Below, piece by piece: positions 19,482 to 29,400 of a DNA stretch of 64,000 nt (position 1 is its first letter; each line of letters opens with the position of its first letter). Source of the DNA: Chthonomonas calidirosea (GTDB taxonomy: Bacteria > Armatimonadota > Fimbriimonadia > Fimbriimonadales > Fimbriimonadaceae). Made by a program: the position numbers and the translations under genes. The notes under the pieces are model-generated. The model worked only from the letters and a program-made list of their open reading frames with translations, was not told the origin of the DNA and did no database searches. The stretch lies in contig CAMAPH010000002.1 in NCBI GenBank assembly GCA_945859975.1, positions 32,001 to 96,000 of the forward strand. The letters are read 5' to 3'.

Positions 19482-20744
19482 GTGCCTGCAACCAGACTGA
19501 GCGTGTCTCCAGAAATCAGTCGTCGGAATCAGGTTCTGCTCAGCTTGTTTCTGTTCAGCGTCACGAGTACCTTCGGATTTTTGCAGCCGTTTACTCCCCT
19601 CTATTTGCAGAGTGCCGGAATGGACCCGGGTCAGATCGGACGGATTTTCGGACTTGGATCCGGAATTGGCCTGCTTGTTCAGCCCCTTTGGGGACGACTC
19701 ACCGATCGGATTGACTCGCGCCGTCCGATCATCATCCTATCGGCGATCGGAGCTGGAATCGCGTACCTGAGCTTCCATCTGGCTACTTTGCCGTGGCACT
19801 TTCTTGTGCTGATGGCGATCGGCAGCAATGGTTCGATCTATCTCAACTCGGCGGGCGGCACTTTGATCGGAAGGATGGTCAGCCGCGAGCGCGGCGGCGC
19901 AGCGTACGCGAACCTTCGGGTCTGGGGATCGGTCGGCTATATCGTCGTCACGCTAGCTACGGGATTATTGCTGACCCAATCATCCACTGGCTTTGATCGA
20001 GCGATGCTGAACCGGGTGTATCAGGTCGGCCCCCTGCTCTTTTTCCTAATCGCGGCGATCGCGCTCTGGATTCCGGACGAGAAGACTCCGAACTCCGAGC
20101 CAGACGCACCGAAACGAGTTGTCCCGAAAGCCCCGTTTCCAGAGAACCTGAAGTGGTTCCTGCTTTCGTACTTCCTGTACGTATTTGCCCTGTACGGTGC
20201 GAGCAACTTCCTCAGCATCTATATGCGCCAGGTAGGTGGAAACCCGCTTTGGGTCACGGGAATGTTTGCGGCGGGGGTCGTTTGCGAAGTGATCGTGATG
20301 CGCTGGTCCGGACGACTTTCGGATACGTACGGTCGACGGCCGATCCTGTTGATCGCGTATCTCCTGCTCCCCATCCGACTTGCCCTCTACGCGGCCGCAT
20401 CCGCCCCTCTCGGAGTTCTTGCCGTGCAAATTCTCCACGGCATTAACTTCGGAATCATGGGCGCGATCGCGGTTGCGCTGATCAACGACCTTGCGACCAA
20501 TGACACGCGCGGACAAGCACAGGCACGGCTCGCGATGGTCACCGGATTCTCCAGCGCAACTGCGCCGATCCTGCTCGGCAAGATTGTCGAAGCATTTGGC
20601 ATGCACGCCATGTTCCTTTCGGCAGCTGCAATTGGCGTGGCAGGAGCCGCCGTGTTCTTCTTCAAGGTGGAAGAAACTATCGAGGTGTCCGGCGTCGTAC
20701 TGAAGTCTTTGAAGTGGCTCGCGAATCCGCCGCAACGCCGGTAG
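19482..20744 (+). CDS. MFS transporter
   Basis: About 12 hydrophobic segments; WGRLTDR, GRLSDTYGRR, RVWGSVG. Confidence 0.92.
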   Translation: MPATRLSVSPEISRRNQVLLSLFLFSVTSTFGFLQPFTPLYLQSAGMDPGQIGRIFGLGSGIGLLVQPLWGRLTDRIDSRRPIIILSAIGAGIAYLSFHLATLPWHFLVLMAIGSNGSIYLNSAGGTLIGRMVSRERGGAAYANLRVWGSVGYIVVTLATGLLLTQSSTGFDRAMLNRVYQVGPLLFFLIAAIALWIPDEKTPNSEPDAPKRVVPKAPFPENLKWFLLSYFLYVFALYGASNFLSIYMRQVGGNPLWVTGMFAAGVVCEVIVMRWSGRLSDTYGRRPILLIAYLLLPIRLALYAAASAPLGVLAVQILHGINFGIMGAIAVALINDLATNDTRGQAQARLAMVTGFSSATAPILLGKIVEAFGMHAMFLSAAAIGVAGAAVFFFKVEETIEVSGVVLKSLKWLANPPQRR

Positions 20745-20788
20745 CTTCCGACTAATTCCGGGTATGACCCGGAAACAGGCGACAAACC

Positions 20789-22219
20789 ATGGCAGACACT
20801 CCCGAGAAACCCAGCGTCCTTCCCGAACTGCTCGCACTCGAAGCGGTTACGACCGAGCACGAAATCAACGGCTGGAAGTACTCCGTCACCGTTGGAACGC
20901 TGCCTTTAAGCGATAACGCTGGCAAGCCTGAGGCCGCCATTTTCTACACTGCGTACACCAAAGCTGGCTACGAGCCCGGCGAGCGGCCACTCATGTTTAG
21001 CTTCAATGGCGGTCCAGGATCATCTTCCGTTTGGCTGCACCTCGGCGCTCTCGGCCCGAAGCGTGTGAAGCTGGAGCCGAAAGGCGACATGCCTGCGCCG
21101 CCGTTCATGCTGGTCGACAACCCGGACACGTGGCTAGAGCATTGCGACTTGGTGTTCATCGACCCCGTTGGCACTGGCTATAGCCGGGCGGAGGACGAAG
21201 AAAAGTCTAAGAAGTTCTGGAGCCTGAACGGTGACGTTGAGTCCGTGGCCGAGTTCATTCGACTCTATCTGACGCGCGCCAAGCGATGGGCTTCCCCGCT
21301 GTACATCGTCGGCGAAAGCTATGGCACCACCCGCGCCGCCGCCCTTAGTAGCTACCTGGTGAACCGCGGCATCGCACTGAACGGGATCATCCTCGTTAGC
21401 AGCATCCTCAACTTCCAGACTGCCCGGTTCCACAAGGGCAACGACCTTCCGTACATCGTCTTCTTGCCAACCTATGCCGCAACTGCTTGGTATCACGGCG
21501 CGCTCACGGGCTTTGCCTCATTGGAACAAGTTCTGAAAGAAGCCGAAGAATTAGCGCTGGGTGAATACACCCTCGCTTTGGCGCAAGGCGATCGTTTGAC
21601 CTCCGAGGCACGCAGTTCGGTCATCGCGAAACTACGCCGACTCACGGGCTTGAGTCCGGAATTCATCGATAACTCGGACATTCGGATTGAGATCCAGCGG
21701 TTCTGTAAGGAGCTGCTGCGAAACCAAAAGCGAACCGTCGGACGACTTGACAGTCGCTTCAAGGGTATCGACGAGCTCGCGGTGAACGAGAGTCCGCAGC
21801 ACGACCCTTCGATGTCCTCCATCGTGCCGCCTTACACCGCCACCATCAACGACTACCTCACCCGAACTCTAGGTTGGACCACGGACTTGCCGTACCACGT
21901 GTTCAATCCGGGCGAGCTTTGGAAGCACTGGTCCTATGGCGACGCCAGCCAAGGCCATCCCGACACCAGCGAGTCCCTTCGAGAAGCAATCTCAAAGAAC
22001 CCGCACATGCGCATCTTGATCGCCTCGGGATACTACGACCTCGCGACGCCGTACTTTGCCACCGAATTCACCGTGGCCCACCTCGGGCTGGATCCAACGT
22101 TGAGGAAAAACATTGAGACCCGATATTACGAGGCCGGCCACATGATGTACGTTCACGAAGGCTGCCTGAGCCAACTCGCGCAAGACCTTGCCGGCTTTAT
22201 CTCGCCGACAACTTCTTAA
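20789..22219 (+). CDS. Serine carboxypeptidase (peptidase S10)
   Basis: FNGGPGSSS, DPVGTGYS, GESYG, YDLATP, AGHMMY. Confidence 0.95.
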   Translation: MADTPEKPSVLPELLALEAVTTEHEINGWKYSVTVGTLPLSDNAGKPEAAIFYTAYTKAGYEPGERPLMFSFNGGPGSSSVWLHLGALGPKRVKLEPKGDMPAPPFMLVDNPDTWLEHCDLVFIDPVGTGYSRAEDEEKSKKFWSLNGDVESVAEFIRLYLTRAKRWASPLYIVGESYGTTRAAALSSYLVNRGIALNGIILVSSILNFQTARFHKGNDLPYIVFLPTYAATAWYHGALTGFASLEQVLKEAEELALGEYTLALAQGDRLTSEARSSVIAKLRRLTGLSPEFIDNSDIRIEIQRFCKELLRNQKRTVGRLDSRFKGIDELAVNESPQHDPSMSSIVPPYTATINDYLTRTLGWTTDLPYHVFNPGELWKHWSYGDASQGHPDTSESLREAISKNPHMRILIASGYYDLATPYFATEFTVAHLGLDPTLRKNIETRYYEAGHMMYVHEGCLSQLAQDLAGFISPTTS

Positions 22220-22823
22220 CTTCGGTCATCAGGGCTTCGCTTGAGAGTCGCTTCGTGTAGTCCGGGTTGGAATGCGCGAAGCGGATCATGCCCTTGGAGT
22301 CGATTAGAAACACGGCGGGCACCGGGAGCATGTGGTGCGTTTTGCCGCTTCGTGCCTCAAGGTCAAGGCCGTACTGATTCTTGTACTTGTCAAAAGTCGC
22401 GTCGTCCAACCGAAAGGCCACGCCAAAGGCGGTTGCAGCCGCTCCACTAGCATCAGACACCAGCTTGTATCCGGCCTGGTTCTTAGTGGCGGTCTCGCCT
22501 AAGAAGCTCGGTTGATCGGGCGTCAACGCGACAACCTGGTATCCGGCCTGTTTCAAGTCCTTCTCGACCTTGCCAATCTCGGCAAGATGTCGGTTGCAGA
22601 ATGGGCACCAACCACCGCGGTAGAAAATCAGAACGGTCGGCTTGCCGTTGAGGGACGCTTTCAGCGTGGTTGCTTTTCCGTCCATCGCCATAAGTTGAGC
22701 CTGCGGAGCCATCACGCCAGCTTTGAGGGGCTTTACCAGTGACGGGTCATTCGGCAGTTGAGCAGCGGCCATACAGCCGACGGAAAGACAGAGAGATGTG
22801 GTCAGCCCTTGGCTTGCAATCAT
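22197..22823 (-). CDS. Secreted peroxiredoxin-like AhpC/TSA family protein
   Basis: FYRGGWCPFCNRHL, LPVPAVFLID, NPDYTKR. Confidence 0.9.
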   Translation of the reverse strand: MIASQGLTTSLCLSVGCMAAAQLPNDPSLVKPLKAGVMAPQAQLMAMDGKATTLKASLNGKPTVLIFYRGGWCPFCNRHLAEIGKVEKDLKQAGYQVVALTPDQPSFLGETATKNQAGYKLVSDASGAAATAFGVAFRLDDATFDKYKNQYGLDLEARSGKTHHMLPVPAVFLIDSKGMIRFAHSNPDYTKRLSSEALMTEVKKLSAR

Positions 22824-22987
22824 GTACTTCAGAATTCAGGACTGTCGGCCAAGGTTCTCAAATTCAACAAATTGCTTACAATAACGCAATTTTGTCCGTA
22901 CCGGAAACAGATGACGCACATTAAGGTCGCAGACTTTCAGCGTGAAACGGAATAACGTGACTGCAGAACTCTAGAGTTCGGGACCTC

Positions 22988-23665
22988 ATGCATTTAAAGA
23001 AATTTGGAATGGTCGCGTTGGCCCTGTGCGCGCTCGCTTCGGCAGCTAAGGCGCAGTTTGTATCCACGTACAGCTTTTCTCTGGATGAGGAAGTCACCCT
23101 CCAGTCAATGATCGTGATGGAATCCGGGGCGTCGTCTGGTTCCCTGACCTTGCCGTTCTCGACAAGTGGACCCGGATCAACGACTTGGATCAACGAAGGT
23201 TCGAGCCCGAATCACAACATCTCGTTCGTTCTCGGGATCGCCACTTTTGCGTCTGAGATCGAGGACCCGCAAAAGCACGCCGTACTCTTCATGAACGATG
23301 ACGCAGCGGCATTTGCCGACGCGAACGTTTGGAGCACGCTTTTCCAAGACATCGAAGAGGAGAGCCTGATCGCGAGTATCGAGGCCGCAACGAACGGTCA
23401 GAGTCAGGAAGAAATTAATGGTGGTCTCGAGGTGGTTAGCGCCTTTGGGGAATACGCCAAGACCTTCCCTGCCACCCACAACTCCACCAAGAATGCTTGG
23501 TTCACCCTCGGCGGCGGCTACAAAGTTGTTAGCTTCTCCACGGGCCGAATTATTGGCTCGGGCATCAGCACTAAGCCATCTGCGCCAGTTCCGGAACCAG
23601 CGAGCATGCTTGTGCTCGGCCTGGGCGGCGTGGCGTTGCTTCGACGCCGAACCATTCGAAAGTAA
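22988..23665 (+). CDS. PEP-CTERM sorting domain protein
   Basis: Signal peptide; C-terminal VPEPASMLVLGLGGVALLRRR. Confidence 0.93.
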   Translation: MHLKKFGMVALALCALASAAKAQFVSTYSFSLDEEVTLQSMIVMESGASSGSLTLPFSTSGPGSTTWINEGSSPNHNISFVLGIATFASEIEDPQKHAVLFMNDDAAAFADANVWSTLFQDIEEESLIASIEAATNGQSQEEINGGLEVVSAFGEYAKTFPATHNSTKNAWFTLGGGYKVVSFSTGRIIGSGISTKPSAPVPEPASMLVLGLGGVALLRRRTIRK

Positions 23666-23707
23666 AGAAAGCTGGGGTCCCGAAATCGGGACCCCAGCTT
23701 TCTTTAC
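23662..23707. terminator. Bidirectional terminator (perfect 22-bp inverted repeat)
   Basis: GTAAAGAAAGCTGGGGTCCCGA-AA-TCGGGACCCCAGCTTTCTTTAC between convergent genes. Confidence 0.9.
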
Positions 23708-26229
23708 GGGTTGACTACCAACGTCAGAGCTTGTGACACACCGCCGTTGCTCAAAGTGATCGTCACCGAAGTAGGCACGCTCACTGGAGCCGTGAATACT
23801 TTGATGCTTCCTCGGCTCGCCGTCGAAGGAATCAAGAACGATGGCGACGCGGTGTACGCAACCGTCGGATTGCTCGAAACCACGGAGATATTCTTGCCTA
23901 CTCCGCCTGCAGTGCAGTTCAATACTGCCTCTGCAAACACGGATGACCCGCCCGTAACTGAATAGCGACTCAGGTTTGCGGTGACCAGATCTGACGAGAA
24001 GCAGATTCTTGAGATGTACGCGTCGGTTCCGCCGGCCGTGCCGTAGCTGTTGGAAGTGCTGTTAGCAAGCGCTCCTGTGACGCCTCCACCAAAGACCACA
24101 TCGTTCAAACTGCCGAAAAGCCCAAGCGCATTGGCCGTAACCGGCGCCGAATTGGCTCCCGAGGTGTGCAAGTAGGTGCTTGACAGCACGGACGAGAGGG
24201 CCGAGTTGATTCGGAAGATGAACGGCATCGCGAGTCCGGAGTTCGGAGCCGCATAGCTCTCTGCGGTCACCGGCAAGTCGATCGAATTGGTGCTCCCAAG
24301 GACGTAAAGGTTTCCGCTTGAGTTCTGCACGAAGTCGGCAGCGCTGTCATTGGCGGTTCCACCGAAGTATGTGCTGTACGAAATAGCGGACAGCGACGCG
24401 TTAAAACGAGTGATCGCAACATCGTTCCCGCCGTTTCGAGTTCGGTCATATGCGTTCGCGGTCGTAAAGAGTTCCGGATCACCGCTCGCCGCCGGCGCGC
24501 CGATCGTCGATAACAGCGTCACTGTTCCGCCGGGGCTCATTCGAATTTTTGTTGGCTGGTCCGCCCCGGTGGTGCTCAGTACGGTTTCCGAAGTAACGAC
24601 ACCGTTGCGGCTCGTCGAACCCGTTCGAGAGTCCGAAGCGACTCGTACCACCACGATTTCGTTGTCGGTCGTAGGTGTGCTAAAGACCTTGTTTTGGCCT
24701 TGCGGCGTAACCGTGATCAGCGGACTGGAACTTACCGTTTGCGTACCAGCAAGCACGTCTGTGGCCTGCATTCGAAATGCCACGAAGAATCCATCGGATT
24801 CGTTACTCGGGCAAATGGCGAAGCCCTTTTCGCCGCTTTGGCCGGATCCAGTTCCGCCGTAATAGATGGAAGTTACAAGATTATCCAGCGTTTTGCTGAA
24901 GACTATAACGTAAGCCTCGCCGTTACCATTTCGCGATCCGTTTACATTGTTGACGCTCTTCACGGTAATCGTTGATCCAGTTCCGACATTGCCGGTTAAG
25001 CCAACCTTTCCGTCGGGAGCCACGCAAATGTCGCCAAGCTCGTCGTTGTTGCTGCCACTTGCCCAAGTGCTGGATCGAATCGCCGTTAAATCTGTGTTCA
25101 AACGTCCTAGCCAGACGTCGTTCGCACCAGGTTTCGTGGAGATCGCAGCCGAACCATCTCCGGCGGCGTCTGTCACGATCGGCAGTTGGGTCGCACCGCT
25201 CCCAGAGACTCGGCACGCCACGATGACATTGTTCGTACTGACTGCGAGCTTGACTTCAGACTCATTGGCATCACCACCAAGATAGGTCAGCGTCGCGAGT
25301 TCGAGCGAACTGCCCCGCGCGTTCGCCTTGAACTTTGCAACAAAGGCGTCGTCACCGTTCTTGATCGTGTCGTATGCGCCAATCGTCGCTGGAAAGTCGG
25401 ACGAACTCGTTGCGCCAACGGCATAGATAGTATCGCCGACAACTTCCATCTCACCGATAGATTCGTTGCCGGTACCCCCGACAATCGCCGAGTTCATCGT
25501 TAATTGAGGATCAACCACCAGCGGCTTCGTTACGTCATAGTTGCCCAGTTGGAATCCAACAACGCCATTTGGTGCAACAGTGAATCGCGACTGTACTTCT
25601 ACCTTTCGGCCGTTAATCCTTTGGTAAGCGAATAAACCCTGTTCACGAATCGTGCCGATGGAGGTTTCATAGGTCAAGGAACCATCTGGCTGAACCCGCA
25701 TGTTCCGCGCTCCGGAGAACTGCATGCGAAGGTCACTAGCCTTTGCTTTTGGCTCCAGAATTAAATCATAACGTGGAGCATTTGCATCTTCATAGTATCG
25801 AGCCGAGATACCTGGCGCAACCTGCCGAAGGGTGACTTCTTCGAACTTGCGAACGCCCGTAGCGTACTTCCCTTCATCACCTCGGAGATAGTTGATGAGT
25901 GTCGGCAGGGCAATTCCCTGTTGGTCTTCTGGAGCTCCCGTAGCGTTGATGAATTCAACGTCTACCACGTGACCGACCGCTCGCAAGATTTGCGGTGCGC
26001 CATCGCTCTCGGCCTGTACGACCTCCGTTCGATGAAAGTCCATACGAACCCCTCGATCCGTTATCCAGTAGTTGAGACCGGGCTTCTGGAGCAGGTAGCG
26101 AACATTCGCGGCCCACTGGCCACGGTTCTCCTGGTACCCAGTCATGGCCATCGGAGAAGGGTTACTCTTCAAGATATTAATATCACTAGACAACGACTGA
26201 ACTGGCGTTAATGCCGCAAGGCCAAACAT
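23704..26229 (-). CDS. SBBP-repeat protein with one C-terminal Ig-like domain (841 aa)
   Basis: YQENRGQW...LVVDP N-domain; GATSSSDFP..GAYD..GDDAFVAKF blades; paralogous to 8226..13439. Confidence 0.88.
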   Translation of the reverse strand: MFGLAALTPVQSLSSDINILKSNPSPMAMTGYQENRGQWAANVRYLLQKPGLNYWITDRGVRMDFHRTEVVQAESDGAPQILRAVGHVVDVEFINATGAPEDQQGIALPTLINYLRGDEGKYATGVRKFEEVTLRQVAPGISARYYEDANAPRYDLILEPKAKASDLRMQFSGARNMRVQPDGSLTYETSIGTIREQGLFAYQRINGRKVEVQSRFTVAPNGVVGFQLGNYDVTKPLVVDPQLTMNSAIVGGTGNESIGEMEVVGDTIYAVGATSSSDFPATIGAYDTIKNGDDAFVAKFKANARGSSLELATLTYLGGDANESEVKLAVSTNNVIVACRVSGSGATQLPIVTDAAGDGSAAISTKPGANDVWLGRLNTDLTAIRSSTWASGSNNDELGDICVAPDGKVGLTGNVGTGSTITVKSVNNVNGSRNGNGEAYVIVFSKTLDNLVTSIYYGGTGSGQSGEKGFAICPSNESDGFFVAFRMQATDVLAGTQTVSSSPLITVTPQGQNKVFSTPTTDNEIVVVRVASDSRTGSTSRNGVVTSETVLSTTGADQPTKIRMSPGGTVTLLSTIGAPAASGDPELFTTANAYDRTRNGGNDVAITRFNASLSAISYSTYFGGTANDSAADFVQNSSGNLYVLGSTNSIDLPVTAESYAAPNSGLAMPFIFRINSALSSVLSSTYLHTSGANSAPVTANALGLFGSLNDVVFGGGVTGALANSTSNSYGTAGGTDAYISRICFSSDLVTANLSRYSVTGGSSVFAEAVLNCTAGGVGKNISVVSSNPTVAYTASPSFLIPSTASRGSIKVFTAPVSVPTSVTITLSNGGVSQALTLVVNP

Positions 26230-26433
26230 GATGACATTAAGGACTTTGAACTCAAACTTTCAAGTCACCTTTTTAAGCAACACCTTAAAGCTTCACTCAA
26301 ACTGGCAAATTTAATGGCTGCCGCAACCTGAGCCTCACTCTTTTACGATGAAAAGATATATCTTCTTTTGATTTTCTCCGCAAACCTAGATCAATTGTAT
26401 TCGTCCATACATCACACACCAAGGAATCAAGAG

Positions 26434-26467
26434 AAAAAAAGGGCCCGGAGCAAGCGCTCCGGGCCCT
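26434..26467 (-). terminator. Intrinsic terminator of rpoC
   Basis: 12-bp stem AGGGCCCGGAGC/GCTCCGGGCCCT followed by a T run on the minus strand. Confidence 0.88.
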
Positions 26468-26482
26468 CTTCAGTTCACGACC

Positions 26483-29400
26483 TTAATCGTCGCTTTCGTC
26501 CGCTGCCATATCCGCAAGGGATGGGAACGCAAGCTCATCGTACGATGCCTTGAGCTCTCCTTCCTCTGCTTCGACCAACGTGGTGAGCGACTGCTCGGCC
26601 CAGCTTGGACCCCGCTGAACGTCGACCGCGATGTCTCGGTATTGCTTGACGCCCGTACCAGCCGGAATCAACCGACCGATGATGACGTTCTCCTTCAGAC
26701 CAACGAGAGTGTCCTTCTTTCCTCGGACGGCCGCTTCCGTAAGGACGCGAGTGGTCTTCTGGAACGATGCAGCCGAGAGGAACGAGTCCGTTGCCAGCGA
26801 GGCTTCGGTGATTCCAAGGAGAATCCAGGTTGCGTTTGCTTCCTTGGGATCTCGCTCGACGTTCTCTCCGGTGATCGGGTCTTCGTAGCGAATCTTCGTG
26901 CCCTCGGCAATCATCTTGCGCACGGCTTCGTTGGCTCGCTGGAAGGTGAACCGGTCAACGATCTGACCTGGCAGGAACGGAGTATCTCCTGGTTCCTTGA
27001 CCTGTCGCTTTCGCAGCATCTGGCGGATGATGACTTCAACGTGCTTGTCGTTGATGTCAACGCCCTGGCTCTTATAAACGCTCTGCAGGTTTTCGACGAA
27101 GTAGTCGTAAACCGCATTCGCGCCAGCAAGCTCCAGAACTTCGTGCGGATCTCGTGGACCGTAGGTGAGCGGGTCACCCTTAACCACGCGGGCTCCGGCC
27201 TTGACCGGAAGGTTGCCGCTTGGCGGGACCAAGATCGGATAAAGGATGTTGACCTTTTCGATCTCAAGCTTCTTGAGCACGGAAACAGCCTGGGTTGACA
27301 GCTTCTGACCCACGAGCTTCTGCAAAGCACCTTCGTACTCGCCGTACTCGTTCTGTGGCCAGTTCTGCTCGTCCGTGATGTAAGCGTCCTTCAGCGGCCC
27401 GACTACTTGCACGGTCGAATCAACGACCACGAATCGTCCAAAGCTCGATTCCTCGACCTTTCGAACCATTCCCGAGACTGGGCAGATGATCGCCTTACCT
27501 CGTGGCTGTCGTCGCGCTTCGAAGATTTCTTCGACACGGACGATACCGCTCGACTGACCCGTCCACGAGTAGAAGAACGTCTTTCGACTCTTCTCCCACA
27601 TCTTTCGGGAGTCGTTGTCGGCCTTTTCGGCGGCCTTGAGGGCTGCCTTTGTGGCTCGCTCAACCTTTCGCTTCTGCTTTGGATCTTCAGGATCAACTTC
27701 GGTGGCTTCGATGGTAAGCGGTGCTTCCTTGCCCTTGAAGAGCGACTTGACGATGCTCTCTTGGGTTTCCAACAGCTTCGTTGGGTCGAACTGCTTCAGG
27801 TCCGTTTCGGTGGCCTGGGCAAAGTCTTCCATGAACTGTCGGATGAACTTACCGGTCTTATACTGGTTCGTCTTAGCGATGGTGGCCGAACCGGCAACAC
27901 CACCGGTGTGGAACGTTCGCATCGTGAGCTGCGTTCCAGGCTCACCGATCGACTGAGCGGCGATGATTCCGGTTGCAACTCCGACTTCAACCAGCTTGCC
28001 GGTCGAAAGGTCCGTTCCGTAGCAGTTAGAGCAGATTCCCTGGTGTAGTTCGCAAGTCAACGGCGAGCGGATGGTCACGCTGAGGTAGCCGTGCTCGTCG
28101 TACTCGAATCCGTATTGTCGATATCGGTCCACGACCGCTTCTCGCTCGGCTTCCGTTTCCGCGCCGTTATGCTCAACCACGAACTTGTTCTCAATCGCCT
28201 TGATTCGCTTTGCGGCGTCCTTGGTGATAGGAACTTGATATTCGGTGAGGTGGTCGCCGGTTTCTGGGTCTCGAATGATCTCGAGGGCGATTCGTCCGTG
28301 GATTCGCTCGTCGATCTCTTCCAAGGTTTGACCCTGGTCGACGATTCGTCGGCCCTGGATGCCTTCGCTCGTACCGCAGTCGATCGCCTTAACGATGACG
28401 TCCTGAGCGACGTCGCAAAGTCGTCGCGTAAGGTAGCCGGCGTCAGCCGTTCGAAGTGCCGTGTCCGCCAGACCCTTACGGGCTCCGTGGGTGGTCACGA
28501 AGTATTCCAGCATGTTCAGTCCCTTGTGGAACGAACTCTTAACCGGAAGTTCGTAAATCGTTTCGTTGAACTGGTTCAACATCAATCCGCGCATTCCGGC
28601 GAGCTGAGCAAGCTGCTTGATCGAACCACGAGCACCAGAGACGGTGATGATGTTCAACGGGTTGAACTGCTTCAGACCGTTAACGATTTCCTTACCAACG
28701 AGGTCGTACGTTTCCTGCCAAAGCGCAGTCAACTGTCGCGTCATCTCGTTATACGAGAGCATGCCGCGTCGGTACTGGTTCGTGATCTGGTTCGACTTGG
28801 AGTCGGCGGTGCCGATCATCTCTTCTCGTCGTGCCGGCGGATCCATGTCCGTGATGGCAACCGAGATTCCGTAAGCCGTAGCCCACTTGAATCCGAGATC
28901 CTTGATGTCGTCGAGCAACTTGATCGTCGCACCGTAGCCGGCAACCCGGTTACAGTCGAGAATCAGGGTCGCAAGCGCCTTCTTGCCGAGTTCCACGTTC
29001 AGGTATTCGTCGGAGTGACGAAGCGGGTACGGAAGCTTTCCGTGAACCAACAACTGGCCTGGGGTGACGGTTCGGACAACGGTCTCGAACTCTTGCTCGT
29101 AAGCAACCAGCTCTTCGGACTCGTCTCCGTCCTCGTTAACAACGGTGTGCTTGTAGTACTCAACACCGGTTTCGGTGTCTCGGAAAGCCACCTCTTCAGC
29201 TGGTCGGAAGATTGGTCGCTTGAGTCGAACATGGACAAGCTCGTTGATTGGAAGTCGCTTCTCAATGCCAGGCGCAACCATCAGGTACAGCACCTCGTCC
29301 GGACCGCTGTAGGTCGGAGGAGCCGGGTTGACCAATGGGTCTTCCTTATGCAGTCGAACCTTCTCTTCCAAGTTCGCACGGCCTTCAACCGACATGAACG

